A stretch of DNA of 64,000 nucleotides from Candidatus Altimarinota bacterium (GTDB lineage Bacteria > Patescibacteriota > Gracilibacteria > CAIRYL01), in assembly GCA_965250085.1 (NCBI GenBank), contig OZ252287.1, forward strand, positions 96,001-160,000, in the 5' to 3' direction. The translations under genes and the position numbers were made by a program. Positions within the stretch are counted from its first letter, which is position 1; the number at the start of each line of letters is the position of its first letter. The notes under the pieces were generated by a model. It saw only the letters and a program-made list of their open reading frames with translations, did not search any database and was not told where the DNA came from. Shown here in pieces: positions 41,089-51,858 of the stretch.

Positions 41089-41715
41089 ATGATACTTTGT
41101 ATCAATACTGTATTGGGAGCGGGAAGTGTCACTGTTTTTGAGGAAAAATATGGCAAAGCACGCCAAAAAAAAATGATTCAAAAAAGAGATTTGGTTTCAG
41201 AAATTCATGAAATCCTTGTAAAAAATTCCCTCTCTCCACGCGAAATCACAAAGATTTATGCCCTGCAAGGACCAGGTCCATTTACTGCTGTTCGAAATCT
41301 TGCCACCATTATGAACGCTTGGAAACTCAGCTTTCCACAGATAGAACTCTTTCCTCTTCCTACCGGAGTATTTTTGCAGTGTCAGTTTCCTGACGCTGAG
41401 CATATATTTCTTTCTGCTGGGAAATCAGCATTTTTTCTTTTTAATGCTCAAAATCCAACACAATTTCAAAAGCTTCCCATTGCACAACTTTCCGGGTTTT
41501 CAGGAATATATGGGGGATATCTCCGTCCAGATGCGAAAATACCAGATCATTTGCAAAAAGCTTCACCCCTTTCAGACGAAGAAGTATTTGGACACATTTT
41601 AAAATCAGGAAAGCATGACGCAGAAGACTTTCTTTTCCCCATATATGGCGCAGAAGCACATATCAGCGCTCCTGTTTCAACTTCAGCTGTGGAAGCTTCT
41701 TTTCCACTGAAATAG
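41089..41715 (+). CDS. tsaB: TsaB-like tRNA t6A biosynthesis protein
   Basis: MILCINT N-terminus and QGPGPFTAVR, a variant of GPGSFTGLR. Confidence 0.68.
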   Translation: MILCINTVLGAGSVTVFEEKYGKARQKKMIQKRDLVSEIHEILVKNSLSPREITKIYALQGPGPFTAVRNLATIMNAWKLSFPQIELFPLPTGVFLQCQFPDAEHIFLSAGKSAFFLFNAQNPTQFQKLPIAQLSGFSGIYGGYLRPDAKIPDHLQKASPLSDEEVFGHILKSGKHDAEDFLFPIYGAEAHISAPVSTSAVEASFPLK

Positions 41716-41960
41716 AGAATACTGGCAATTGGTCCACATATTCACTGCTTTCTATTTTGTGAACCTCTTGACGTTTTTTAAAAATATGAAAATTACGTTT
41801 TGACTTTCTCAGTGATGAATCCTTCTTTTTTTCCAAAAACAGCTTTAATGAAACATTAAGATTTTATTAAAAAATCAAAGAAAATAATTGACGATTTTCT
41901 TCTTTTCAAAGAAGTATTATGCCTCAATAAGAATTATTTTGAGTAAATAGAATAAAATAA

Positions 41961-42670
41961 GGCTCTTGAGTAGAATAATTACTTCAATTATTCTCTTAAC
42001 ATGCTTAAACACAGTAAAATATCGAATTATAAGATCAAAAAAATATTGAAGTGTTTTTGTGAAGATCTCAATGCATCAAAAACAGCAAATATTCTAGATC
42101 TCAATCGGAGAACGGTTGATCGATATTTTAATATTTTTAGAGAAAAGATTGCAAAGTTCTCTTTAGCACAGTCAAAGAGTTTTGGAGAATTTGAACTTGA
42201 TGAAAGTTACTTTGGAGCAAAGAGAATGAGAGGAAAGAGAGGAAGAGGAGCCGCAGGAAAGACTCCTGTCTTTGGAATCCTTCAAAGAGAAGGAAGGGTA
42301 TTTGTTTCTATTGTAAAAGATTGCTCCAGAAAAGAGCTCCTACCTATTATTCAAGGAAAAATACTAGAAGGATCAACTATTCATACTGATGGATGGAGAG
42401 CTTATGATGGACTCATTCTCAATGGATATGATCACTATCGTATTCATCACTCAGAAAATGAATTTGCACGAGGAAAATGTCATGTAAATGGTATTGAATC
42501 CTTTTGGTCTTTTGCGAAAAGAAGACTCTCTAAGTTTAACGGAATTGCTTCTCACAAGTTTAACTTTCACCTCAAAGAATGTGAGTGGCGATGGAACTAT
42601 AAAGATCAAGATATTTTTGTTATAATGTCCAAAATTATCAGAGATTTTTAAAATCTCCTACTCTAGAGCC
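41961..42670 (+). mobile_element. IS1595-family element, copy 2 (710 bp)
   Basis: Same IRs as copy 1; 8-bp TSD TAAAATAA at 41953-41960 and 42671-42678. Confidence 0.95.
42001..42651 (+). CDS. IS1595-family transposase
   Basis: Protein identical to that of 17545-18195. Confidence 0.95.
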   Translation: MLKHSKISNYKIKKILKCFCEDLNASKTANILDLNRRTVDRYFNIFREKIAKFSLAQSKSFGEFELDESYFGAKRMRGKRGRGAAGKTPVFGILQREGRVFVSIVKDCSRKELLPIIQGKILEGSTIHTDGWRAYDGLILNGYDHYRIHHSENEFARGKCHVNGIESFWSFAKRRLSKFNGIASHKFNFHLKECEWRWNYKDQDIFVIMSKIIRDF

Positions 42671-42724
42671 TAAAATAATATGTGAAATATACTTTTTTAT
42701 TTCTTTTTTCACTTTTTTATAAAT

Positions 42725-44446
42725 ATGACATCGTCTATAAAGATATTCTTTGGAACAGGAATTTTTCTTTTGGGTTTTTCTCTTGTATTTGCTGCTGTAC
42801 AGATCTCGGGGCAATCGCAAATAGAAATTTTTTCAGGGGAATACCTCTCTGAAACATATAGCATCGATCCTGGAGCAGGAAATGCCGTGGATACCATTAG
42901 TTGGACGGGGTTGGAGCCAGGGCTTTTTGCGATAGAAAGTCAGGATAAAACAGAGATGTCTCTGCTGGGCTCACCAAAGATTGTTGGAAATCCATCTGTG
43001 TTGACTCTGGCGGCTACAAATAGCTTAGGAGAAAATCAGACTTTGGAAATTGCAATGCAAGAAAGAGCACTGCCTCCTATGTCTTGTGCCGATGTTTTAG
43101 CAGGTGATCCCGGGGCAACTGATGGACTCTATACCATACATGCCGATGATGAGGTGACTTCTTTTGAGGTCTATTGTGACATGACCTCTCCGGGAGGACC
43201 GTATACCCATATGGTAGAACACGTTGCTGCCGGATTTGGGCACACCTGTGCTCTCTTGGCAGACACCACGGTCAAATGCTGGGGATACAATAGATATGGG
43301 CAACTGGGTGATGGAACGACAACTGACCGCAGTACGCCTGTTGCGGTTTCTGGTCTTAATGATGTGGTCTCTCTTTCTGCTGGATGGATGCACACATGTG
43401 CACTCCTGAGTGATGGCAGTGTGCAGTGCTGGGGATATAATTATTACTATAATCTTGGAGATGGAACCCTCACGAACCGTACGACCCCTGTAGCAGTACA
43501 GAATGTTTCTAATGCTGTGCAAATTTCTAGTGATGGGCATCACTCCTGTACTCTTTTGACAGGTGGAACTATGAAATGCTGGGGAAGGAATAGTTATGGA
43601 CAAATAGGAAACAATACTATTGGCACCAGAAGACATGTTACTGTTGTTCTGGGTATAAGTACTGCCACTTCTATTGGTGTTGGTGTCTACCACAGCTGTG
43701 CTGTCCTCAGTGATGGCACCGCTCTGTGCTGGGGGAGGAATAATATCGGACAGATCGGAATAGGAAGCACCAATAATTATATAAAAACTCCAAGAGCTGT
43801 TCTGAATCTTACAAATATCGTCGCGATTGATGGAGGAGAATATCATACCTGCGCTCTGCTCGATGACGGTACGGCTCAGTGTTGGGGAAATGGTTATAAT
43901 GGTCAGTTAGGCGATGGAGCAACTACTTATAGAACTTCTCCGGTAGCGGTTCAAAATTTAAATACTATCGATACATTCAGTTTGGGAGCACGCCATTCTT
44001 GTGTTGTGCTCGATGATGATACAGCTCAGTGCTGGGGACAGAATATATATGGACAGCTCGGTGATGGTACGACGACAAACAGCAGTGTGCCTGTCTCTGT
44101 ACAAGGTATTTCCAATGCACAAAGTATTGTTGGTGGTTCGTATCATACCTGCTCCGCACTCTCAAACAAAACTGCCAAATGCTGGGGAAGGGATACCTAT
44201 GGTCAACTGGGAGGAGGGATTATTACCGGTTTTGAATCCCTGAGTTCTCCCAGCACACTTTCTCAGGAAACTACTTCTGTTTCCGTTCCGGATGACTTTT
44301 CTTTTGACCCCATTGAATACTGCGCCGATATATTGGACAAAGAAAAGAAGCTGGAGAAATGTATGGAAAAATGGGAGCAGGAGGTGGACAAATATTCTGG
44401 AATCGGTCCTAAAAGCCTGACTCCGCAGAGAGTGGAAGGGTTATAG
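42725..44446 (+). CDS. Secreted RCC1-repeat beta-propeller protein with a fibrinogen-like module
   Basis: Signal-peptide-like N-terminus; SCADVL...DGLYTI...[10 protein letters not shown]; seven HTC...CWG.N.YGQLG repeats. Confidence 0.9.
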   Translation: MTSSIKIFFGTGIFLLGFSLVFAAVQISGQSQIEIFSGEYLSETYSIDPGAGNAVDTISWTGLEPGLFAIESQDKTEMSLLGSPKIVGNPSVLTLAATNSLGENQTLEIAMQERALPPMSCADVLAGDPGATDGLYTIHADDEVTSFEVYCDMTSPGGPYTHMVEHVAAGFGHTCALLADTTVKCWGYNRYGQLGDGTTTDRSTPVAVSGLNDVVSLSAGWMHTCALLSDGSVQCWGYNYYYNLGDGTLTNRTTPVAVQNVSNAVQISSDGHHSCTLLTGGTMKCWGRNSYGQIGNNTIGTRRHVTVVLGISTATSIGVGVYHSCAVLSDGTALCWGRNNIGQIGIGSTNNYIKTPRAVLNLTNIVAIDGGEYHTCALLDDGTAQCWGNGYNGQLGDGATTYRTSPVAVQNLNTIDTFSLGARHSCVVLDDDTAQCWGQNIYGQLGDGTTTNSSVPVSVQGISNAQSIVGGSYHTCSALSNKTAKCWGRDTYGQLGGGIITGFESLSSPSTLSQETTSVSVPDDFSFDPIEYCADILDKEKKLEKCMEKWEQEVDKYSGIGPKSLTPQRVEGL

Positions 44447-44472
44447 TTCTTTGATTTTTTCTTTTTTATATT

Positions 44473-47400
44473 ATGCGAAAATTATTTTCTGTTCTCTGTT
44501 GTTTAATATTTCTTTCCGGACAAATCACTTTCCTTCCTCAAGTATCTGCTGAGGAAGTACTCGAATCATCGACTTCAATTTTTGCGGAAACAACAGACGA
44601 TCCCAATACAAAAGGAAAACCTGCTGGAAGTTCTGAAGAGCGTGATGTGATCCTTGATCCGGCACTATTAGGATCTCTGGAAAGCAAGGGGCAGGTCACA
44701 AAAGAAAAGGGTGAATCAGTGCTGATAGCTCCTTTGGAAGACGCTTTTCAAGAGAATACCGACACCTCTTCGCTTTCATCCGAATCCTTGTCGGCAAGTT
44801 CTTCCTCTTCTTCATCAGATCCGATGGATGCTGTTTCCAATGCTCCTTTGCCCGATGTAAATACTGATCCGCTCAAAAACATTGCAGGTGTGCAGGGAGA
44901 ATATAGCGTCAGTGAATTTACGGGAGATGTGCAATATTCGTACCCCCTCTTTATGCCTCCTGGCAGGAATGGTAGCTCTCCTTCTGTTACGCTCAGTTAC
45001 TCTGCTAGTAATAAAGAGGGCAATTCTGAACTGGGAACGGGATGGAATTTAGATCTTCCCAAAATCGAACGGTATTCTCGCACAGGAGTGGAAAATCTGT
45101 ATGCCAATAATAATTTTCTTTCTCCCTTTGCCGGTGGTAATGGTGAGCTTTCCATTGACTCTATTGATGCCAATGGACACGGGACGTATATCCCCAAAAT
45201 ACAAACAGGAGCGGTCTATCATGAATTCAAAGCAGACAACACTTGGGAGATTACTGATGCCGCAGGGGTGGTGTATCGATTTGGAACGGTATCAGATGCA
45301 CGAGAACAAAGTGATGATGGCGGTAGAATGTACACCTGGTATCTGACCGAAATAGAAGACACTAATGGCAACAAGATGATATATGAATATACCAAGAGCC
45401 AGGGGTCTGTATATCTGAAGCGTATACTCTATGGAAATGAAGCCCAGCCCTATGAAGTACGATTTGAACCCTATTTTTCCGGCACTCTTGAGCAGTTTGA
45501 TGTACTTCCGTCTTATTCTCGTCTTTTCCCAGTGGTGGAGCAAAAAGACTTATTGGACTCTGTAGAGGTTTTTGATCCGTTTTCAGGAGACAAGATCGTG
45601 TATGAACTTACTTATGATACTCAAGGAACCTTTGGCTCTTCCGAAAGCCTTTCGGGCACTACTGACTATCTTATCAGCATCCAGCAAAAAGGAGTGGCGG
45701 CTTCTGGTGTGGAAACCAGTTTGCCGCCGACCGAATTTGAATACGAGAGCTATGATGGGTCCCGATCATTTGACATTGTCTATCCGGATTTGAGTGATGA
45801 AAATGGCTATGACAACACGTATTTCGATGGAACGGAGGACAGCCCCGTTCCCATGTGGATTTTTGCTGATGAAACCGGAGATGGATGGGAAGACCTGGTC
45901 AGCAATGTAGTGCGATATAAGAAAATTAATGGCAGTTATCATCATTTGCCGTATGAACGCTTATTTGTTTCACAGGGAAATGGCGAATGGGTGGAAGATC
46001 CTGATTTTATGGCTTCGGAATCATACTGGGCATGGGAGTATAGGCCCCATGATATCCGGGATTATTTTCCACCCGGATACAGAGACAATAACGGAGATGT
46101 GACCGATCATCTCTGTATTCGGAAATATCATGGAAATCTGGGTCAAAAAGATGGTTTGAGTTGCTATAACGGCGAGCATGGGAATGAGATGAAAGTGTAC
46201 CCAAGAGATGAAGACTTCCAGTTTTTGGAACTCAACGCAGATGGGCATCCGGATGGATTTAAGTATGACCATAAACAAAATTATCACAACAACACCGATA
46301 ATTCCCTGTATAGAAATACCGGAACGGCGTTTGAACCGGAAACAAGTGCTCAGTGGAATATTCCGGATGATATCTTTTATGATGAAGGCAGTACACTGTT
46401 TGGAGATATCAATGGAGACGGACTGGATGATATGGTGCACTGGTTTCAGAAAGTGGATGAATCTTCCGTTCTGGTGGAAGAAACCAAGAGAGCCTACCTC
46501 AACACCGGAGAAGGTTGGCAAGATATCACTGCAGATATTTCACTGCCTGTTCCTATTCGCCATCGCAAATGTCAGAACGGAGTCAGTACCTGTGAAGTGA
46601 TTTCTGTGAAAAAAACCTTTACCTTTCTCGATGCCAACAGAGATGGACTGGTGGATCTCTTTCATCAAGGGAAAGTGCACCTGAATAATGGATACGGCTG
46701 GGAAAGCACTGTTTCGGAGCTGTACAACAGTTCATATGACTTTGATCCCAGTTTTCCCACGCTGAGCAGCTTTACAGATCTCAACAAAGACGGTGCTTTT
46801 GAACGCAAAAAGCCGGTTGGAAAAACATTTGCCAACAATAATGAGATCGTAGATCTTCCCGTGCTCACAAATGTTACAAGCCCTCAAGGAGGATTTGCCG
46901 AATTTGAATACACTCCTGCCTCGAGTTACACCAATGCCGATGGCAGTGCGGCGAATATTGAGCTCCCTATACCTCGTCTGACGTTATCTAAGCTTACAAC
47001 CGATGACGGAATGGGAAATACAAGTGAAACCAATTATGAATATGCCGGTGGAAAGATGTATCGCAATCATGTTTCTGAGCAAGAGCTTTTGGGATTTCAT
47101 ATGGTCACCAAAGCATTGCCGGATAATTCAAAAATTATTACAGAATATGAGCAAGGGAGTGCCTCACAAAACTTTGCTGGGAAAGGGTCTCTTACAAATC
47201 AGAAAATATACACTTCTTCTGGAGATCTTTTGCAGGAAACACAGAATTTTTATGACATTGAACCCCGCGGAACCAATAGTTACGAATCCCTCCTGGAAAC
47301 AAGTATCAATCTGACATATTCAGAACACAATCCTTCAAATTATAAAGCCACAGCCTCAGAATACACCTATGACCAGTATGGAAATATCATTCAGGCCATT

Positions 47401-50400
47401 GACTATGGAGAGGTGAATGTAGTGGACACAGCAGGCAACTTCACCGATATTGGCTCCGATACTCTCACCAGCAATATTGAATATGCAGAGAATGCGGCAG
47501 ATCATATTCTCTCTCTTCCTCAGAGACAGGAACTCCTGGATAATTCCGGAACGGTTATTGGTGAAAGCAAAATCTATTATGACAATCTGCCACTGGGTCA
47601 AGTGAGCATCGGCAATCGCACCAAGACGGAAACACTCGCTTGTACTGGTCAGGCATGCCTGACCCCTACGGTGACAACTCTTACAGAGTACAACTCCTAC
47701 GGTCTGCCGACAAAGGTGACCAATCCTCGAGGGTATGACACCAATATCACGTATGATTCTCAGAATCTCTTCCCAGAGACAATTACGAATGCCAAATTAC
47801 AAATTACAAATTACGAATACGATTATCTGTTTGGAATACCCGTGGAAGTGACCGATCCAAATGGAGCGAAGTCAATTACCGTGCTGGATTCTCTCGGACG
47901 AGTCACAGAAATCAAAGTCACTGATCCGAATAATACTGATACAGAAATCATCGCGAGCACCATTAACTACGACACTACATCAGTACCGAATAGTGTCACG
48001 ACGACGACATACACCCACACTCCTCCCCTCTTTCGCAAAGAGGGGCTGGGGGAGATTTCTGTAGAGGGAGTTATGTATCTCGATGGATTTGGAAGACTTA
48101 TTCAATCGCGGACTGAAGCAGAAGGGAGTGCACAGTATACAGTGCACAGTATACAGTATGATGATCGGGGGAATATGGACAAACAAACTCTTCCTGTCTT
48201 CCAGAGTGGAATCTCATATACAGCTTCATCAGGATCTGAAGTAGGGAGTACGTATACGTATGATGCTCTGAGCAGAGTGCTGAGTGAAATAACTCCAGTG
48301 GGAACGACTTCTACTGCGTATGATCAGTGGTCACAAACGGTGACTGATGCCAATGGACATCCAAAGGACTTTACTTCTGACGCTCGAGGAAATCTGACTG
48401 AGGTGACCGAACACTTGGACGGAACTCCATATGACACGAACTATGCCTATGATCAGCTGAACAATCTCATCACAATCACAGATGCCAAGGGAAACATCAG
48501 AAACTTCACATATGACCTCCTGGGAAGACGTATCAGCATGGAAGATTTGCATACAGCAAACGATGCAACTTTCGGACTGTGGACTTTTGACTATGATGAC
48601 AACAGCAATCTCATCACTCAAACCGATCCAAAGGATCAGGAAATTTCTTACACCTATGATGAACTCGATAGAGTCCTCACCGAATCAGCAAAAATTCCTC
48701 CGTCTTCCGTCTTCGAACTGCACACTTCATACGCCTATGACACCGGAACGTATGGCATTGGACGCCTTTCATCAATAGTGAGTCCCGCTGTGACCAAGAA
48801 CTACACGTATGACATCCTCGGTAGAGTTATAAATGAACAAAAAAAGATTCTCGTACGGATTGATGGCAATCAATCCCTACAAACTTTCGACTCGTACTTC
48901 ACGTACGATCTCGCCGGCAATCAGCTCAGTATCACCTATCCTGGTTCGACAGGCTCACCACAAGCGAACATGCTCGTGGAATACACCTACAACAACGCTG
49001 GCCTTCTGGAAGCTGTACAAAAGGATGGAGCAGACATCGTCACTAATCTCGACTACATCCCTGTGGGGCTGGTCGAGAAAATTGATTACGCCAATGGCGT
49101 CAGCACCACCAATACGTATGACATTGGCCAAATCTATCGATTGACCAATAAATCCACCCTCCTTCACCAAGGTTCCGGCGGGCAGGCCGTACATCAGGAT
49201 ATCAGCTACACTTTTGATCCTGTGGGAAACATCACCCAGATCACAGACACCTCAGAGACCAACGCTGCCAAGACTTCTACATTTACCTATGATGATCTGG
49301 ACAGGCTTCTTTCTGCAACCGTGAGCAATGCGGCCAATGGCGATAATTATGCGCGCAACTATACCTATGATATCATTGGCAACATGCTGAGCCATTCAGA
49401 AGCCGGCAGTTATGAATACGCTGGAGGCGACTCTGGGACCAGCTCAGGAGCAAACTCCAATCCTCATGCCGTGACCGATGTGGCAGGAGTGGCGTATAGC
49501 TATGATGATAATGGTAATCTCATATCAAATAACACTTGGACCCATGGTTGGGATTATAAAGATCGCTTGCTGAGCTCTACAGATGGAACAGCTACGGTGA
49601 ACTATACCTATGATGAAGGGGGAGCGAGGGTGAAGAAGGTGAATGCGACCAGTGGCAAAGAGACGGTGTATGTGAATGAATTTGTGGATATCGAGGATTC
49701 TGCTGTGAAGAATCATATCTACGCCGGAGGGATGAAAGTGGCCACCTATTCTGCTGGAATTGCCAGTGGCAGTGGGAGTACGTGTACGGTAGATCTGAGT
49801 ACATGTACAGGGGAAGGAGCAAGATCGCCGTTATGGGAGAATGAGACTTCTCTCAATGGAGCTATAACTGAAGCGCATTATTTAGAAACATATGGACAGA
49901 TGTGTGTGGTGATCTTGTCTGGTGGAGAACAGGTGGCATGGCCTGTAGCTCAGGAAGCAAGCTGGTGGTGTGGTGAAGTGAGTATCCCTGTCTATGAGAG
50001 TGATATAGTCTATCACCATGAAGATCACTTAACGGGATCAAATGTAGACACCGATGACACAGGAAACCTCATTCAGCTATTAGACTACTACCCCTATGGA
50101 GATACTAGACTCGATGAACAGTCATCATCGTACGCAAATGACTATAAGTTTACAGGGAAGGAGAAGGATGAGGATACAGGACTCTATTATTATGAGGCGA
50201 GGTATTATGATAGTGGGATTGGGAGGTTTATATCACTCGATCCCTGGTTTGGAGATATTTATGACCCGCAGAGTTTGAATAAGTATGCGTATGTGAGGAA
50301 TAATCCATTGAAGTATGTGGATGAGACGGGGGAGGTCTATCAAAAAATAGTAGACTGGGCTCTAAAGTGGGCTGCAAAAAAAACACTTCGAAAGGAAATT

Positions 50401-50826
50401 GAAGAAATGATCTTTCCTGAGCAAACGGCAGGAGAACCTGATCCTCGTATTCCTGAATCATCTTATTCTCAGGTTCAAACTATATTTAACTCAAATGGAT
50501 TACAGGCAAACTCCGTTCGAAGATTTTATGATGATGTTATTATCTCAGGGATCAGTGAAAACAATCAAAATTTCACAGTAAATGTTGGTCCAGAATCTAT
50601 AAGCTTATATATATCCTTCGAAGACTCTACAATTAGCTCTGCGGTAACCATTGACCTTACGAGCTCATTCCCTACAAGTGTAATGGAGAAAATTGATGAT
50701 GAGGGATCAGTTGCTAGACTGGAATTAGTTGTTCGTAGTAAACTTGAGAATCATTATAAAAGTATTAAGCCAAAAGAAGATGGAAAAGATGAAGAAAGTG
50801 AAACTGACAATGATTCAGGGGATTAA
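44473..50826 (+). CDS. Large Rhs/YD-repeat polymorphic toxin with signal peptide, SpvB-like and FG-GAP-like regions and an unknown C-terminal tip
   Basis: YSYPLFMPPGRNG...LSYS...GWNLDLPKIER, DINGDGLDD, many YD repeats, YKFTGKEKDEDTGLYYYEARYYD and NNPLKYVDETG. Confidence 0.93.
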   Translation: MRKLFSVLCCLIFLSGQITFLPQVSAEEVLESSTSIFAETTDDPNTKGKPAGSSEERDVILDPALLGSLESKGQVTKEKGESVLIAPLEDAFQENTDTSSLSSESLSASSSSSSSDPMDAVSNAPLPDVNTDPLKNIAGVQGEYSVSEFTGDVQYSYPLFMPPGRNGSSPSVTLSYSASNKEGNSELGTGWNLDLPKIERYSRTGVENLYANNNFLSPFAGGNGELSIDSIDANGHGTYIPKIQTGAVYHEFKADNTWEITDAAGVVYRFGTVSDAREQSDDGGRMYTWYLTEIEDTNGNKMIYEYTKSQGSVYLKRILYGNEAQPYEVRFEPYFSGTLEQFDVLPSYSRLFPVVEQKDLLDSVEVFDPFSGDKIVYELTYDTQGTFGSSESLSGTTDYLISIQQKGVAASGVETSLPPTEFEYESYDGSRSFDIVYPDLSDENGYDNTYFDGTEDSPVPMWIFADETGDGWEDLVSNVVRYKKINGSYHHLPYERLFVSQGNGEWVEDPDFMASESYWAWEYRPHDIRDYFPPGYRDNNGDVTDHLCIRKYHGNLGQKDGLSCYNGEHGNEMKVYPRDEDFQFLELNADGHPDGFKYDHKQNYHNNTDNSLYRNTGTAFEPETSAQWNIPDDIFYDEGSTLFGDINGDGLDDMVHWFQKVDESSVLVEETKRAYLNTGEGWQDITADISLPVPIRHRKCQNGVSTCEVISVKKTFTFLDANRDGLVDLFHQGKVHLNNGYGWESTVSELYNSSYDFDPSFPTLSSFTDLNKDGAFERKKPVGKTFANNNEIVDLPVLTNVTSPQGGFAEFEYTPASSYTNADGSAANIELPIPRLTLSKLTTDDGMGNTSETNYEYAGGKMYRNHVSEQELLGFHMVTKALPDNSKIITEYEQGSASQNFAGKGSLTNQKIYTSSGDLLQETQNFYDIEPRGTNSYESLLETSINLTYSEHNPSNYKATASEYTYDQYGNIIQAIDYGEVNVVDTAGNFTDIGSDTLTSNIEYAENAADHILSLPQRQELLDNSGTVIGESKIYYDNLPLGQVSIGNRTKTETLACTGQACLTPTVTTLTEYNSYGLPTKVTNPRGYDTNITYDSQNLFPETITNAKLQITNYEYDYLFGIPVEVTDPNGAKSITVLDSLGRVTEIKVTDPNNTDTEIIASTINYDTTSVPNSVTTTTYTHTPPLFRKEGLGEISVEGVMYLDGFGRLIQSRTEAEGSAQYTVHSIQYDDRGNMDKQTLPVFQSGISYTASSGSEVGSTYTYDALSRVLSEITPVGTTSTAYDQWSQTVTDANGHPKDFTSDARGNLTEVTEHLDGTPYDTNYAYDQLNNLITITDAKGNIRNFTYDLLGRRISMEDLHTANDATFGLWTFDYDDNSNLITQTDPKDQEISYTYDELDRVLTESAKIPPSSVFELHTSYAYDTGTYGIGRLSSIVSPAVTKNYTYDILGRVINEQKKILVRIDGNQSLQTFDSYFTYDLAGNQLSITYPGSTGSPQANMLVEYTYNNAGLLEAVQKDGADIVTNLDYIPVGLVEKIDYANGVSTTNTYDIGQIYRLTNKSTLLHQGSGGQAVHQDISYTFDPVGNITQITDTSETNAAKTSTFTYDDLDRLLSATVSNAANGDNYARNYTYDIIGNMLSHSEAGSYEYAGGDSGTSSGANSNPHAVTDVAGVAYSYDDNGNLISNNTWTHGWDYKDRLLSSTDGTATVNYTYDEGGARVKKVNATSGKETVYVNEFVDIEDSAVKNHIYAGGMKVATYSAGIASGSGSTCTVDLSTCTGEGARSPLWENETSLNGAITEAHYLETYGQMCVVILSGGEQVAWPVAQEASWWCGEVSIPVYESDIVYHHEDHLTGSNVDTDDTGNLIQLLDYYPYGDTRLDEQSSSYANDYKFTGKEKDEDTGLYYYEARYYDSGIGRFISLDPWFGDIYDPQSLNKYAYVRNNPLKYVDETGEVYQKIVDWALKWAAKKTLRKEIEEMIFPEQTAGEPDPRIPESSYSQVQTIFNSNGLQANSVRRFYDDVIISGISENNQNFTVNVGPESISLYISFEDSTISSAVTIDLTSSFPTSVMEKIDDEGSVARLELVVRSKLENHYKSIKPKEDGKDEESETDNDSGD

Positions 50827-50844
50827 TTTACTACCCTTTTTTTT

Positions 50845-51492
50845 ATGGTGAAAAAAATATTTTCAAAACTTCCAATTCCAATAATATGGACCATTAATAT
50901 TTTGCTGTTCCCTTTTTATTATTTGGTTGTCGCTTTCATTTTTGGAATTATTGACGGATATTTTTTTAATGGCAGTATTTTTACGGAAGAAAGAGAATCA
51001 GTTTGGGATTTATTAACATATATACTTTTTGGAATAGTTGGACTATTAAGTTATTTGTTTCATAGGTCTCTTTATTTTAAAATAAATTCTGAACAACGAA
51101 AAATATTTCAAGGGTTTCTAGTAGTGATAGGATACGTGCTTCTAATAGATTTTATATCCGTTTTTGGCTATACGATTTATGAACTTATTTTTATAGACTC
51201 TTTTTTAGTAGTATTAATTGACTTAACGCTTTCTGTTTTTTTATTCTCTGTCCTTTATCTCTTTTTTAAGAGGAAAAAAAATTACCGAATTATTCTTGTT
51301 ATCTACTTGTGCATAGGTATTTTTGCGCCTTTCTTGCATGATTCCCTTTATGATTATTTAGAAATTGAAAAACCTTTCAGGTTTTTTGAAATAAGTGTTG
51401 AGTCTTTTTTATGGATTATTTACAGAATTGTGGCAATTATTTATCTCAAAAAAACTCCCTCCCCGATAGAGCCTGTTTGTCGTAGACCATGA
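50845..51492 (+). CDS. Multi-TM protein, putative immunity protein
   Basis: Starts 18 nt after the Rhs stop; very AT-rich; about 6 hydrophobic segments. Confidence 0.65.
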   Translation: MVKKIFSKLPIPIIWTINILLFPFYYLVVAFIFGIIDGYFFNGSIFTEERESVWDLLTYILFGIVGLLSYLFHRSLYFKINSEQRKIFQGFLVVIGYVLLIDFISVFGYTIYELIFIDSFLVVLIDLTLSVFLFSVLYLFFKRKKNYRIILVIYLCIGIFAPFLHDSLYDYLEIEKPFRFFEISVESFLWIIYRIVAIIYLKKTPSPIEPVCRRP

Positions 51493-51858
51493 GTATCAAA
51501 TAGTAGTGATGCGTGCAATAATGTTTCCCCTGCCCCCCCCGCTTCCGCGGGAGCAAGTGTCTCGCAGAGCACCTGGTCCAAAGCAATTCATAAGCTACCA
51601 ATTGGACTGACATACTTCAAAAACATCTCTTTCTCATCTTTCTGGTGCCGTCATCGTTGGCTGAAGTCTTCCACCACGGCGGACAGGTTTGGACTCGAAC
51701 GCTAACAAATAATTTAACAATGCTGCCAAAGCAAAAGCAATAAAAAGAGTGAGTAAGTACAAAGTATGGCAAGATGGAAATAGACCAAAGGGATAAAAGG
51801 GGTCGGCCACCTTTAATCGGAGGAAAGATATATCACCATCATAAATCAGGTTTATATA

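Noticed and set aside
43220-44220. Periodic DNA repeats suggesting a CRISPR or other array
   Set aside because: They are degenerate coding repeats of the RCC1 propeller; there are no identical repeats with spacers and no cas genes.
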